A stretch of DNA of 64,000 nucleotides, from positions 576,001-640,000 of the forward strand of contig CAXXKA010000001.1 in assembly GCA_963668625.2 (NCBI GenBank), given 5' to 3'. The DNA is from an uncultured candidate division Zixibacteria bacterium (GTDB lineage: Bacteria > Zixibacteria > MSB-5A5 > UBA10806 > 4484-95). The notes beneath the pieces are model-generated. The model was not told the DNA's origin. It ran no database searches and saw only the letters and a list, made by a program, of their open reading frames with translations. Shown piece after piece: positions 30,739-41,816 of this stretch (within the stretch, counting starts at the first letter, position 1; each line of letters opens with the position of its first letter). The translations under genes were made by a program, and so were the position numbers.

Positions 30739-31884
30739 CTATACTTTCTTGCCAAGGTTTCTGTAAATTACCATTCGTTGTGCCTCGGATGTACCCTCGT
30801 AAATCTCGGTCACCCTGGCATCACGGAAATACCTCTCGACCGCGTATTCTTTCACATAGCCGTAACCGCCATGAATCTGCACCGCCTGGTTGGCTACGAA
30901 ATTAGCGGTCTCGGAGGCGCAAAGCTTGGCCATGCTACAATACTTGGATGCGCGCCGCTCCTGATCTTTTAATACCGCCGCTTTATGTGTCAGGAGTCGA
31001 GCAGCCTCGATTTTCAACGCCATATCCGAGAGCTTGAACTGTATCGCCTGGAAATTAGCGATTGGTTGCCCGAATTGCTCGCGCTCGTGAGCGTACTTGT
31101 AGGCTTCCTCGAACGCGGCCTGGGCGATTCCGACAGCCTGGGCGGCGATACCGATACGGCCGTTATCCAGAAGGCTCAAGGCTATTTTGAATCCCTGGTT
31201 TTTTTCACCCAACAAACTCTCTTTCGGGATTTTACAATCCATGAAAGATACCTCGCGGGTATCTGATGCTTTCAAGCCCATTTTCTTTTCTTTTTGACCG
31301 ATCTTCAAGCCCGGGGCATCCTTTTCGACTATGAAACAGGAGATACCTTTCGAGCCGAGTGATTTATCGGTCTGGGCAAATACGATGAAAATACCGGCGA
31401 ATCCGGCAGAGGTAATAAACGCCTTGGTGCCGTTTAACACGTAACCATCCGCTGTTTCCTCGGCGAATGTCTTGAGCGAACCGGCATCGGTACCCGAGCC
31501 TGGTTCTGTCAGGCAATAGGCGCCGATGATTTCACCGGAGGCGAGCTTCTCTAGATATTTGTCTTTCTGGGAATCATTGCCGTGGCTTAAAATAGCGCAG
31601 CAAACCAACGAGTTGTGAACCGAAAGCCCAACCTCTACAGCCGCCGAGCCACGGGAAAGTTCCTCCATCGCGCAGGCATATGAGAGAGTGTCCAATTCCA
31701 GGCCGCCATATTTTTCCGGCAGAAGCATACCGAAATAACCCAATTCGGCCAATTCCCGGTAAATCTCCTCGGGCACTTTTTCTTCCTCGTCCATCTTCTC
31801 GGCGATCGGCATCAGCTTCTTCTCGGCGAACTCTCGCGCCGCCTCAGCCATCAATTGTTGATCTTCACCAAGATTAAAATCCAT
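30739..31884 (-). CDS. Acyl-CoA (butyryl-CoA-like) dehydrogenase
   Basis: LTEPGSGTD, QIHGGYGY, EIYEGTSEAQR. Confidence 0.93.
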   Translation of the reverse strand: MDFNLGEDQQLMAEAAREFAEKKLMPIAEKMDEEEKVPEEIYRELAELGYFGMLLPEKYGGLELDTLSYACAMEELSRGSAAVEVGLSVHNSLVCCAILSHGNDSQKDKYLEKLASGEIIGAYCLTEPGSGTDAGSLKTFAEETADGYVLNGTKAFITSAGFAGIFIVFAQTDKSLGSKGISCFIVEKDAPGLKIGQKEKKMGLKASDTREVSFMDCKIPKESLLGEKNQGFKIALSLLDNGRIGIAAQAVGIAQAAFEEAYKYAHEREQFGQPIANFQAIQFKLSDMALKIEAARLLTHKAAVLKDQERRASKYCSMAKLCASETANFVANQAVQIHGGYGYVKEYAVERYFRDARVTEIYEGTSEAQRMVIYRNLGKKV

Positions 31885-32010
31885 TTATTCCATCCTTCAT
31901 TAAAATTGCTATTATGTTGAAAATCTTACTTGAATCTATAGCCGGGTATTCACTCATCATAGTGAAACAGAAACCCGACTTGCACTATTAATATCTAATT
32001 AGAGCTCGAA

Positions 32011-32865
32011 TTACTTCGAGTAATCGAAAAAGCCTCTACCGGTTTTACGCCCCAGGTAACCGGCCTGCACCATTTTTTTCAAAAGCGGGCAGGGACGGTA
32101 CTTCGGATCGTTGTAACCCTCGTATAGCACGTTTATGATATCCAGACATATATCCAGGCCGATGAAATCCGCCAGTGTCAGCGGCCCCATGGGATGGTTC
32201 ATACCCAGTTTCATTACCGTGTCGATGGCCTCGGGAGTGGCGACGCCCTCCATCAGGCAGAACACGGCCTCGTTGATCATCGGCATGAGCACACGATTGG
32301 CGATAAAGCCCGGATAGTCGCTAACCTCGACCGGGGTTTTGCCCAGCTTGGCACAGGTTTCCTCTACAATCTTGTAGGTTTCGTCACTGGTAGCGATACC
32401 TCGGATGATCTCGACAAGCTTCATCATCGGGACGGGATTCATGAAATGCATACCGATGACTTTATCGGCTCGCTTAGTAATTGCGCCGACCGCTGTGATT
32501 GGCAGAGAGGAGGTGTTACTGGCCAGAATAGTATTCGGGCCGCAAACCTTGTCGAGAGTCTCGAATATCTGCTGTTTGATCTCCATTTTCTCGAACACGG
32601 CTTCGACTACCAACTCGGCGCCTTTAGCATCCTCTAAATTCGTCGAGGATTTGATTCTGCTGAGGGTTTCGGATATGGCTGATTCCTCTATTTTGCCTTT
32701 TTTTGCCTGACGTTCCAGATTCTTTTTGATTGTAGCCAGGGCACGATCGACATACTCCTGTTTGACATCTATTAATATAGTTTCAAAGCCGTTCTGGGCG
32801 AATACGTGCGCTATCCCGTTGCCCATTGTTCCGCCGCCGATAACTGCTACATGTTTTATATCCAC
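32011..32865 (-). CDS. hbd: 3-hydroxybutyryl-CoA dehydrogenase
   Basis: [34 protein letters not shown]. Confidence 0.93.
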   Translation of the reverse strand: MDIKHVAVIGGGTMGNGIAHVFAQNGFETILIDVKQEYVDRALATIKKNLERQAKKGKIEESAISETLSRIKSSTNLEDAKGAELVVEAVFEKMEIKQQIFETLDKVCGPNTILASNTSSLPITAVGAITKRADKVIGMHFMNPVPMMKLVEIIRGIATSDETYKIVEETCAKLGKTPVEVSDYPGFIANRVLMPMINEAVFCLMEGVATPEAIDTVMKLGMNHPMGPLTLADFIGLDICLDIINVLYEGYNDPKYRPCPLLKKMVQAGYLGRKTGRGFFDYSK

Positions 32866-33157
32866 TTTACCTCCGAATCAGGATGTTTATATTATTGCGG
32901 GCGTTGTGAATTGGAAAATATGCCCGCATCAGTAAGCGAACTTTTTCACAAGCTAATAGATAATAATAAAATCGCGGCGGGTTGTAAAGAAGATTCCAAA
33001 TAGTGCTGGTAGTCAGAGAGGGATTCCTTACGGATTGTGATTAATAGATTTATGACCGGTTAAAGTATTGATTTCCTGATAGGCTAATGAGCGCAATTAA
33101 ATATAAAGCCGCCGAAAGATTACTTCCCGGCGGCTAAGGATTTCAATATGGGCAGGA

Positions 33158-35911
33158 CTAGTGAATTTGCGGTGGTGTTTGCGGACAATACAGGATTTCC
33201 TCCTGTAATCCTCTGAAATAATTAACTAAATATGTGATATCCGAGCCGATTACGGTGCAATCGCCATTGGCATCCGCTGCGGAATATACATATTCTGAGG
33301 TATGGTAATTGAAACATGAATCAACTGGCGGTTCACCCGCTCCTCTGAAATAATTTACCAGGTAGGAAACATCCGCACCAACAACTCTCATATCGCCGTT
33401 AATATCGCCGGGTTTGTAATCACAACCTTCAAGGTAAATAATCGGGCTGTAATGTTCAGTGAAATTGTAATTGTAAGATACTTGAGTAGAATTGTAATGG
33501 GATGCTCTGCAACAGCGCAATTCAACACCATAAGGAGCGTTAGTATTGGCTTGTAAAAAGATCGTTGCTATTTTAACCGGTTCCGGCGCTAAAAATCCAT
33601 TTGGCACAAAATCATAAGAACTAGAATAGGTGATATCCATACATCCAATTGGGGTATATGGAGTATAATAAGGCAACAAAGTGTGCTGATGCCAGATATC
33701 TTGAACATGATTAATGGTCATTGAAGTAATTACTGAATCGAAACATTCTTCAGAGACACTAAATAAAGCATAGATAGCTTCTATCTCATGAGTTGTATAT
33801 GTTTGCGCGTAGATATCCATAGCAACGGGTTGATTCTTATAACCATAGATCGGAGAGCCGTCAGGATTGCCATACCATATAGCGACTGCCGGCGAACTTG
33901 TTACTTGTCTTGATGCTATGTTATTCTCCGGATTTACATCCCCGGGTGTTGATAAGGAAAAAGTTACACTGTAAGTAGTATCGAAAGGTGGAATAAACGG
34001 ATTCGAGAATTCGGCCATAGCTTTTCTACCTGATTCAATGTAAAACCCGCTAATAGTATCTGAATATACAATCTCTGATGAACTGTTAATCATTGCTTGG
34101 AAATAAATCTCTACCGGGCCATTAGTTAGTCCGTAATTTTCCAAATAAACCAGAGGGTAATAAGGCAGATCCTTTTGAATTTTCCATTGTGGTGCACCAA
34201 TCCTTAATATTCCCACATCGGCTTGAGATTTCTCTTCAAGAAGTATATTAAGGGTTGTGTGCCAATCAGAATAATGATTATGCAAATAATAAGATTGGTA
34301 TTGAGGATGAAATACGCTAAGGTTCTTGAATCCTGAAGTAAGTTCTATAAAAGAAAAATACCCCATACTATCTGTGGTAGTCTCCATGAAAGGATTGGCT
34401 AAAACTACAGTTGCGCCCTCAATAGGCAGGCTATCCTGAGTCATGATGATTCCCTGTACTGAGGCTCCGGTTGATAATCTTATATCATTAACGGTATTGG
34501 TCTCGCCGGCAGAAACTAGAAAGGAGTCTACTTGCCAGGAATCATAATAATCGTGACTGAATAAAATTTGGTAAAAACCTTCGTCAAGATCACTTATAAA
34601 GAAATATCCGAGACTATCGGTAACTGTGCTAAAGTCAGTTCCGGCTATCTCAACCGATACATCCTTGATTGGCTCACCCGTATTGATTGCATAAACATGA
34701 CCATCAATAGCGCCTATTTCATTCAAGGTTATGTCATACTCTGTTGGAAGATGCTCATAAACAGTCAGATCATTCACGACTGAATCAATGTAGTATTCAT
34801 GCGAGAACTCAATAGTGTATATTCCAGGGAGAAGGTCGGGAATAGTGTATTCGCCGTTGGAGTTAGTCGTAACACTTATATCATTGTGATATACACTTAC
34901 TTGTATTCCCTCGACCGGATTGGTACTTTGATTGCTTACTACACCTGATATAGAGCCTGGCACTATCGGAGCACGACAGAAATAAAACGGGCTGAAATAC
35001 TCATTATGGTAAAGGATGTTGTCGTCTGAATGGCCATTACCGTATGGATTTGGTCCCTGTATTCCCGTTTGTAGCCCAATGAGGTCAGTTTGACCGGGGC
35101 CAATACAATTGGCTTTAGCTCGATATACAGAGCTGTCTGTCGTAGTAACTACAGCATAGGTCGCTATTTTTGTGGGAACATTAAGATTAAATATAGGGCA
35201 TGGTGTTAGATTGAATAAAAACAAACAATTTTGGCTTGACCAACCAGCTATATTCGGAGGTGAGAATTCTTGAAAGGAAAAACCGCCATTAGCACACTCG
35301 GTGGGGATATAAACCTCGCCGATATCCTCGGATAATATTTGATCTATATACCTGTTATCGAAACCCAGAATTGTAGCTATCACATCAATTGAATTTACTG
35401 TATCGATTAACTCAACATAAACATCTACAAAAACCGTATCACCCAGACCTACATTTATAGGTGTAGCATCAATATTACCAAAATATATGTTTGCAAAGGC
35501 TGGATTGCCTCCATGCATGGAATACTCATTATTACTGGTATCTTCATCGAAAGGAGAAATTGCCTCTGAAAAAAAACAATAACAGATGTTTTCCTCGGTT
35601 ACAAATGGAATAGAGGAGCTAAAAGTGTCAGCTTGACCAGGATTAAGAAATAAACCATGTAGAGTATCTTCATACACTATTACGTTGAATATCTGACTTC
35701 CCTCATAGACTTTTATTAATAAATCAAAAGTTTGAGGATTGGAACCATAGTTCATCGCTATTACAGTTGGGTAATAATCTTTTCCTAATCTCATAGCCGT
35801 TGGCGGACTAGTCATTGATATAACCGCTATATCGTTTTCATAAGTCTGCGCATTTAATGAGGCAGTGAACATTAAAATACAACATTGCACGTACAATAAT
35901 ACTTTTCTCAT
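33158..35911 (-). CDS. Secreted multidomain protein: Ig/CARDB-like domains, three carboxypeptidase-regulatory-like repeats, C-terminal dockerin
   Basis: GSISGVV/GAIDGHV/ASVQGII repeats; duplicated GDINGD..DVSYLVNYF / ADANGD..DITYLVNYF. Confidence 0.8.
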   Translation of the reverse strand: MRKVLLYVQCCILMFTASLNAQTYENDIAVISMTSPPTAMRLGKDYYPTVIAMNYGSNPQTFDLLIKVYEGSQIFNVIVYEDTLHGLFLNPGQADTFSSSIPFVTEENICYCFFSEAISPFDEDTSNNEYSMHGGNPAFANIYFGNIDATPINVGLGDTVFVDVYVELIDTVNSIDVIATILGFDNRYIDQILSEDIGEVYIPTECANGGFSFQEFSPPNIAGWSSQNCLFLFNLTPCPIFNLNVPTKIATYAVVTTTDSSVYRAKANCIGPGQTDLIGLQTGIQGPNPYGNGHSDDNILYHNEYFSPFYFCRAPIVPGSISGVVSNQSTNPVEGIQVSVYHNDISVTTNSNGEYTIPDLLPGIYTIEFSHEYYIDSVVNDLTVYEHLPTEYDITLNEIGAIDGHVYAINTGEPIKDVSVEIAGTDFSTVTDSLGYFFISDLDEGFYQILFSHDYYDSWQVDSFLVSAGETNTVNDIRLSTGASVQGIIMTQDSLPIEGATVVLANPFMETTTDSMGYFSFIELTSGFKNLSVFHPQYQSYYLHNHYSDWHTTLNILLEEKSQADVGILRIGAPQWKIQKDLPYYPLVYLENYGLTNGPVEIYFQAMINSSSEIVYSDTISGFYIESGRKAMAEFSNPFIPPFDTTYSVTFSLSTPGDVNPENNIASRQVTSSPAVAIWYGNPDGSPIYGYKNQPVAMDIYAQTYTTHEIEAIYALFSVSEECFDSVITSMTINHVQDIWHQHTLLPYYTPYTPIGCMDITYSSSYDFVPNGFLAPEPVKIATIFLQANTNAPYGVELRCCRASHYNSTQVSYNYNFTEHYSPIIYLEGCDYKPGDINGDMRVVGADVSYLVNYFRGAGEPPVDSCFNYHTSEYVYSAADANGDCTVIGSDITYLVNYFRGLQEEILYCPQTPPQIH

Positions 35912-36195
35912 TTGATTCCTCCTGCGATTTAAGATAGGTTTAAAATATATACCTGAAAATATGATCTAACCGTCCAATATGTCAAGTAAAATTATTGTTA
36001 GGTTTATCTGATCTCGATTAGAACATTGATTAATAATTGAACTGGCAAAATCCAAATATTAAGCCTTTCGTAACACCGGAGATGATGCTGTCTATGTTGC
36101 TAACCAATTACATATTATAAGATTGCGATTGCGTTTCAGAATTTAACGTCCTTGGCATCAAATTTACTTATTAGTATTGCCAAAAGGAGGCAACA

Positions 36196-36771
36196 ATGCA
36201 AGTAACAACAGTTCTTTCAGACTTAGTAAAATACAACACCGGGTATCTAGCGAAACATCTTAATAATATAGATAAATCTCGTTTGTTTATCCGTCCCGAT
36301 GGTTATCATAATCCGATAATATGGATACTCGGACATATAGTGGTTTCCCGTGGCAGCCTGTTAGAGGTTTTGGGTGTCGAGCCCGGTATGGAGAAATTCG
36401 ATCGTTATTTCGCATCGGGCACATATCCTTTAAACGATCCCTCGGAATATCCGCATTTCGATCAATTAATGAGTCAATTGAGCAAACTCGGAAACAGTCT
36501 GGTTCAGCAAATAGGCCAGGGGGGAGACAGCCTTTTACAGCGCCAGGTTTGGGGTGATTACGAGAATATCGGCAAGTACATCACTAACGCTTATATACAC
36601 GAGACCTATCATGTCGGACAGATAAATTATCTGCTGTCATTAACGGCAGGCATGCAGTCGATGAAAGCCAAGTTGAGTATCGGCTCGGGGACTCGCAAGA
36701 AAAAAGCCAGTACAGGCAAAACAGGGGTGTTTTCTCTTTCCGGATTACGTTCCATACTCACCGTAAAATAA
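36196..36771 (+). CDS. DinB family protein
   Basis: NPIIWILGHI ... HETYHVGQI His triad. Confidence 0.85.
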   Translation: MQVTTVLSDLVKYNTGYLAKHLNNIDKSRLFIRPDGYHNPIIWILGHIVVSRGSLLEVLGVEPGMEKFDRYFASGTYPLNDPSEYPHFDQLMSQLSKLGNSLVQQIGQGGDSLLQRQVWGDYENIGKYITNAYIHETYHVGQINYLLSLTAGMQSMKAKLSIGSGTRKKKASTGKTGVFSLSGLRSILTVK

Positions 36772-36805
36772 ACAGGTGGTTTCACAGCGGGGGCATTAGG
36801 CGTTG

Positions 36806-36848
36806 CCCGGCCGGCCGGAACCCTCTACCGGCCGACCGGCGTTTTTTT
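36806..36848 (+). terminator. Intrinsic terminator after dinB-like gene
   Basis: GC-rich hairpin (ccggccggccgg..ccggccgaccgg) followed by T7. Confidence 0.75.
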
Positions 36849-37160
36849 CATCTCAACACTTTCATATAAAATAAGCAGGGATTCAAAACGTCGAATCCCT
36901 GCTTGATTGATATTAAAAATACCGGTTTACCAGGTGTGTGTGTATAAAGCGAATCGTAATTTATTAATTGCGTCGCCGGGTGGAGGGAGGTCTTTATTTA
37001 TCCTCTCCCGGAGACATGCCGCATGAAATCAGGTGTCAGGAATGGATTCCTTACACCACCGTCATCCAACAAGGAATTTTTCAACAATCCCTATGGTGTC
37101 GATGAAAACATAATCGAAAAATAGTCTTGCAAAAAAGAAATTTTGTAAGCGAAAGAAAAT

Positions 37161-37415
37161 CACTAGTGTCCGGTCTTTTCATCTCGTTGCGAAGCGCTGC
37201 TTCGCAACGTGGCTTGTTTGCCGGCAGAATGCGCATTCTACATGATTCAAGAAGGTTTCCAAGCAGCGCTTGGAAACCAGAAAACCAAGCCTAACATCGG
37301 CAGGATATGTCAGGATGAATGATACGCTGAATAAAATAATTATATCGGAAAATATTTTTCATTAACAATTCCAAGGAGAAATTTAAAATTTAACGAAAAA
37401 CACCGGACACTAGTG
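37161..37415 (-). mobile_element. 255-bp MITE, copy 2 (inverted)
   Basis: Same TIRs; 9-bp TSD AAAGAAAAT (37152-37160, 37416-37424). Confidence 0.95.
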
Positions 37416-37548
37416 AAAGAAAATATATGTTTAACATATGCTTCGCTTTAAACCTACACGCAAGGCAAACCGGTGGTTTCTAATATCAAAAAAATAGGGA
37501 CATTCGATTGAACGTCCCTACAACAATTTATTACTGTTTACAGTTTTT

Positions 37549-38742
37549 CTAGCGAAGCATCATACCGGCGATAACCAGTCTTTGAACCTCCGAGGTACCC
37601 TCGTAGATTTCGATTACGCGCTGATCGCGGTAGAGTTTCTCGATAGGCGAGAACTCGCCGATATAGCCGTAACCACCATGTATCTGCATGGCGTGATTAA
37701 CGCAGAAATTCGAAACCTCGGTGGCAAACAGCTTAGCCTGGGCGGCCTCGAGTGAGTATTTGACACCGGCATCTTTCATCTGAGCGGATTTGTATGTCAT
37801 CAAGCGAGCAGCCTCGACCTGGCAGGACATATCGGCAATCTTCCATTGGGTGGCCTGGAATTTCGAGATAGGCGTACCGAAACAGATACGTTTCTTCGAG
37901 TACTCGATAGATTCCTCCATCGCGCGCTGGGCGATACCCAGACCCTGAGCGGCTACGCCGATACGGGCGGAGTCGAGGGTGTTCATAGCGATACGGAAAC
38001 CCTTACCTTTATCACCTAAGAGATTCTCTTTGGGAACGCGCAGATTATCGAACCAGATACGGCCGGTTGTGGCAGCACGCATACCCATTTTCTTTTTCAG
38101 GGTAGCTGTTTTGATTCCATCCACGAGTTTGCCATCCTTGCGGGCCTCGACGATAATCGCCGACACCTTGCGCGAGGCTTTACCCTCGCCTTCCGATTCG
38201 GGATCGACTATGCGGCAGAACAACACGAACAGGTCGGCAACATCGCCATGCATGATAAATATTTTCTCGCCGTTAATTACGTACTCATCACCCTCCAGCA
38301 CCGCGGTTGTGCTCTGGTTAGCGGCATCCGAGCCTGCATCGGGCTCGGTAAGACAGAATGACGGAATAATCTCGCCATTGACACATCGGGAGACATATTT
38401 TTTCTTCTGCTCATCGCTACCGAAATGCACGATAGGGTAGGTTGCCAGTTCGCCCACGGCATTAAGCAGGCAAGCAGCCGGATCCCAGTAGCAGAGCTCC
38501 TCGATTAAGGTGATATATTCGATATTGGAACGACCGCCGCCGCCCAATTCTTTCGGCGTGTTGAATCCTATGAATCCCTCTTTAGCGAGCTGTTTGTAAA
38601 GCTCCAAACCGAAACGATCGGGGTCATCGCGATGGTCTAATTCTTTGCTTACGGGGACTATGTATTTCTGTGCGAATTCGGCAACCTGGTCACGTACAGC
38701 CTGCTGCCGATCATCAATATTGTACCTTGGCTTCATTTCCAC
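37549..38742 (-). CDS. Acyl-CoA dehydrogenase
   Basis: FCLTEPDAGSD, QIHGGYGY, EIYEGTSEVQR. Confidence 0.93.
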   Translation of the reverse strand: MEMKPRYNIDDRQQAVRDQVAEFAQKYIVPVSKELDHRDDPDRFGLELYKQLAKEGFIGFNTPKELGGGGRSNIEYITLIEELCYWDPAACLLNAVGELATYPIVHFGSDEQKKKYVSRCVNGEIIPSFCLTEPDAGSDAANQSTTAVLEGDEYVINGEKIFIMHGDVADLFVLFCRIVDPESEGEGKASRKVSAIIVEARKDGKLVDGIKTATLKKKMGMRAATTGRIWFDNLRVPKENLLGDKGKGFRIAMNTLDSARIGVAAQGLGIAQRAMEESIEYSKKRICFGTPISKFQATQWKIADMSCQVEAARLMTYKSAQMKDAGVKYSLEAAQAKLFATEVSNFCVNHAMQIHGGYGYIGEFSPIEKLYRDQRVIEIYEGTSEVQRLVIAGMMLR

Positions 38743-38753
38743 TCCTTGTATGT

Positions 38754-39167
38754 TTAAAGAAGCTTTTCCTTTCGTTCTTTCAAATTATCTTTAAGATATT
38801 CAACAATTTCTTTGCTGGTTGCGCCCGGAGTAAACACTTTCCCGATGCCCATGGCGGCAAGTTTCTCGGCATCAGATTCGGCGATGATACCGCCGCCAAA
38901 TAAAAGTTTATCATCCGCGCCCTGCTCTTTGAGCCCATTTAGAATAGCCGGGAACAGGGTCATATGTGCGCCGGATAGAATCGATAAGCCGATCGCGTCG
39001 ACATCCTCCTGAATAGCCGCGGCAATCACTTGTTCGGGGGTCTGGCGTAAGCCGGTGTAAATCACCTCGAAACCGGCATCACGGAGCGCGGCCGCTACAA
39101 CTTTTACCCCGCGATCATGGCCATCAAGGCCGGGTTTGGCGAGTAGTATTCTCCATTTTCTTGTCAT
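38754..39167 (-). CDS. Cobalamin-binding subunit of an acyl-CoA (methylmalonyl/isobutyryl-CoA) mutase
   Basis: [10 protein letters not shown] (DxHxxG), [17 protein letters not shown]. Confidence 0.92.
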   Translation of the reverse strand: MTRKWRILLAKPGLDGHDRGVKVVAAALRDAGFEVIYTGLRQTPEQVIAAAIQEDVDAIGLSILSGAHMTLFPAILNGLKEQGADDKLLFGGGIIAESDAEKLAAMGIGKVFTPGATSKEIVEYLKDNLKERKEKLL

Positions 39168-39330
39168 AGCACCCTCTGATAAAATAGTTTCAGAGTCCTG
39201 GTCCGGTTAGCTCGTAAAGGTCATATAAAAACGAGCTTTTAATAAATTTGATCAGTTATAATAACAGAAATCCAAATGAAATGCAACTTTTATGTAATTA
39301 TCTATTTGGGGCAAAATTAGTTAAAACGAG

Positions 39331-39753
39331 CTATTCATCGCCGCGAATATCGTATTCGCCTTCCTCGCCTTTAACCCGGATATTTTGAGTTCCGTTTACA
39401 GTCAGGACAACCGTTCTCTCGAAATAAGGATTCTCTGGTTCGGCCGGGTGGCGGGCCGCTGACTCGAATGTGATCGAGACGTCATCGCCGCCGGGGAAAT
39501 CATAGCCGCCATCAAGGAAATTCTCGATCGAACGTCGGCCATGAGCAGGCACCAGGTAATTTACCATTCTCGATTCACGAGTAGCTCCACGTTGTTGAAT
39601 GATATAGGTTATATAAATCGATTGATATTGCAAGGAATTCTGGAAAGTAATGACGCCGCTCTGAAGATAGTCCGGTGCGGATGGCTTATCCTCCGAACAG
39701 CTTAGCGATAATAACGCCACAATAAAGACCAGTAAGACAATAACGCGATTCAT
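39331..39753 (-). CDS. Hypothetical lipoprotein
   Basis: Signal peptide with lipobox SLSC. Confidence 0.7.
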   Translation of the reverse strand: MNRVIVLLVFIVALLSLSCSEDKPSAPDYLQSGVITFQNSLQYQSIYITYIIQQRGATRESRMVNYLVPAHGRRSIENFLDGGYDFPGGDDVSITFESAARHPAEPENPYFERTVVLTVNGTQNIRVKGEEGEYDIRGDE

Positions 39754-39878
39754 GATACAAATATATAATTTTTTAACAAACTATGCAATAATTAATTAGT
39801 ATAATTGACAGGGCTTACTATTTGATTATATACTGGTTTGAAATAGTCGATAATACATTGTGAGGTAAAGAGGTAAAT

Positions 39879-40754
39879 ATGTTTGAAAATAAATCGATTC
39901 CCCTTTTCCAGGTGGATTCTTTCACCGGTAAGCCCTTTTCAGGAAATCCGGCGGGCGTGTGCGTATTAGAGGAGCCACTGGAGGATGATGTTATGCAAAA
40001 GATAGCTTCCGAGATGAACCTTTCGGAGACTGCTTTTGCGGTTAAAATAACTGCCGGGGCGATGATTGACGCATTGAAATTCAATTTAAGATGGTTCACG
40101 CCGAAATGTGAGGTTGATCTCTGTGGTCATGCTACGCTGGCGACCGCCAAAGTTCTTCATGAGATTTACCAACTTAAAAACGATACTATAACGTTTTCAT
40201 CGCTTTCCGGAGAATTAACCGCTCAACGAAAACGCAATATACATGTACTCGATTTCCCGGCCGGGGATATCGAGCGAGTGGATGTGCCCGACTATATTAT
40301 CAACGCCTTGAACCTGCCAGACTATGAACTGGATACGGAAATTCATGAGGCTGTAATGTGTAAACGCTCGAAAAAACTACTTATCCGGTTTAATGATACC
40401 GAAGCGATTCGTCAGATAAATCCACATTTCAGCGATCTTATACAGGCTGAGGCCTCTTTCGGCAGCCGGGGCATAATAGTCACCTCGGCAGGGGATAGGC
40501 CATACGATTTTACCTCCCGTTTCTTTGCTCCCATGATGGGTATCGATGAGGATCCGGTAACGGGGGCTGCGCACACGGTACTGGGTACATACTGGTACAA
40601 GATGCTCAATAAAAAACGTATGAATGCTTTTCAGGCCTCTAAAAGAGGCGGTGAACTCATAGTAGAGTTCCGTGAGCACCCCAAAGGCCATTACAATCGA
40701 GTGTTGATTTCCGGTCAAGCGGTTATCGTTATGGAAGGTGTTCTAAAATTTTAA
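39879..40754 (+). CDS. PhzF family epimerase/isomerase
   Basis: QVDSF..GNPAGV, NLSETAF, EVDLCGHATLA, EDPVTG. Confidence 0.92.
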   Translation: MFENKSIPLFQVDSFTGKPFSGNPAGVCVLEEPLEDDVMQKIASEMNLSETAFAVKITAGAMIDALKFNLRWFTPKCEVDLCGHATLATAKVLHEIYQLKNDTITFSSLSGELTAQRKRNIHVLDFPAGDIERVDVPDYIINALNLPDYELDTEIHEAVMCKRSKKLLIRFNDTEAIRQINPHFSDLIQAEASFGSRGIIVTSAGDRPYDFTSRFFAPMMGIDEDPVTGAAHTVLGTYWYKMLNKKRMNAFQASKRGGELIVEFREHPKGHYNRVLISGQAVIVMEGVLKF

Positions 40755-41057
40755 GATATCGAGGGTTCTCCCGTTAGATTCAGTTTTGACCGGTTGCGGA
40801 GCGATATCACCTGATGCCATAATTTCTATTTTACGAGGTGACGAACAGATCAGCGGAGTCTGTCTTAACTCGCCATAAATGTAAAAGATAAGTTTTATCT
40901 GAAAAGAATAAACCGATTATTTAATATTGGCTCGAACCTTATCATGGCTGTCTTTGCGAGTAGCCGAAGCGGACGGAATCCCATTGGGAGCCCGAACGGG
41001 ACAACCCGTTTGTTTATAAAACATCCTCCAGCAGTGATCTGTCCCTCCAGCTTGAAA

Positions 41058-41816
41058 TCAGTTAATAATCAGCTGATCACATTTGGTGAAAAATTTCTTG
41101 ATCGCCAGATACAGACCCAGTATGGATGATATCGAAACCGAGGCTAAGAGCATATAGCCGACTATTATCTGTAACAATACCGCCGAAAGCGGGTTCGCTC
41201 CCGCTAGAATCATGCCGGTCATAGCTCCGGGCAGGGCCACGATGCCGGCGGTTTTCATGAAATTGAGTATCGGTGTCATACCGGCAATAACCGCCTCCTG
41301 TTGAAATTTACGAGTGGCAATTTTCCAGCTTTTACCCAATGCCAACGAGGTCTCTATAGCCAGGCGATTCGATCTGATATCGGTATCGATACGATTGATT
41401 GTCAGGGTGGCGGCGTTCATCGAGTTGGATATGATCATACCTGCCAGAGGTATCACGAATCGCGCCTGCAAATCGATAATGCGAAGTACCAGCATCAAGC
41501 CAATCGTCGAAAACGAGGCAACACTGATAGCTATCAATGAAATAATGAATATTCCATTGAGCTTTTTCACCCGTCCCGCTACCGTATGAGCGCCCATGGT
41601 GATCATCACGCAAAGAGCCAGGAGAATGAGCCAGATCGATTCAATGGCGAAAATATATTCCAGGGCATATCCAACGGCAACGAGCTGTATGAATACCCGT
41701 ACCGAGCCGAGTGTCATCTCTTTTTGAACGGGAATACGCCATACCCGGCTGATTACGATAGCCACTCCGACAAGTACCAGCGCAACTAATACATCGATGA
41801 AATCCGGGCTGTTCAC
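41058..41816 (-). CDS. fetB: ABC transporter permease, FetB/YbbM (UPF0014)
   Basis: IQLVAVGY, IPLAGMII, GIVALPGAMTGMILAG. Confidence 0.85.
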   Translation of the reverse strand: MNSPDFIDVLVALVLVGVAIVISRVWRIPVQKEMTLGSVRVFIQLVAVGYALEYIFAIESIWLILLALCVMITMGAHTVAGRVKKLNGIFIISLIAISVASFSTIGLMLVLRIIDLQARFVIPLAGMIISNSMNAATLTINRIDTDIRSNRLAIETSLALGKSWKIATRKFQQEAVIAGMTPILNFMKTAGIVALPGAMTGMILAGANPLSAVLLQIIVGYMLLASVSISSILGLYLAIKKFFTKCDQLIIN

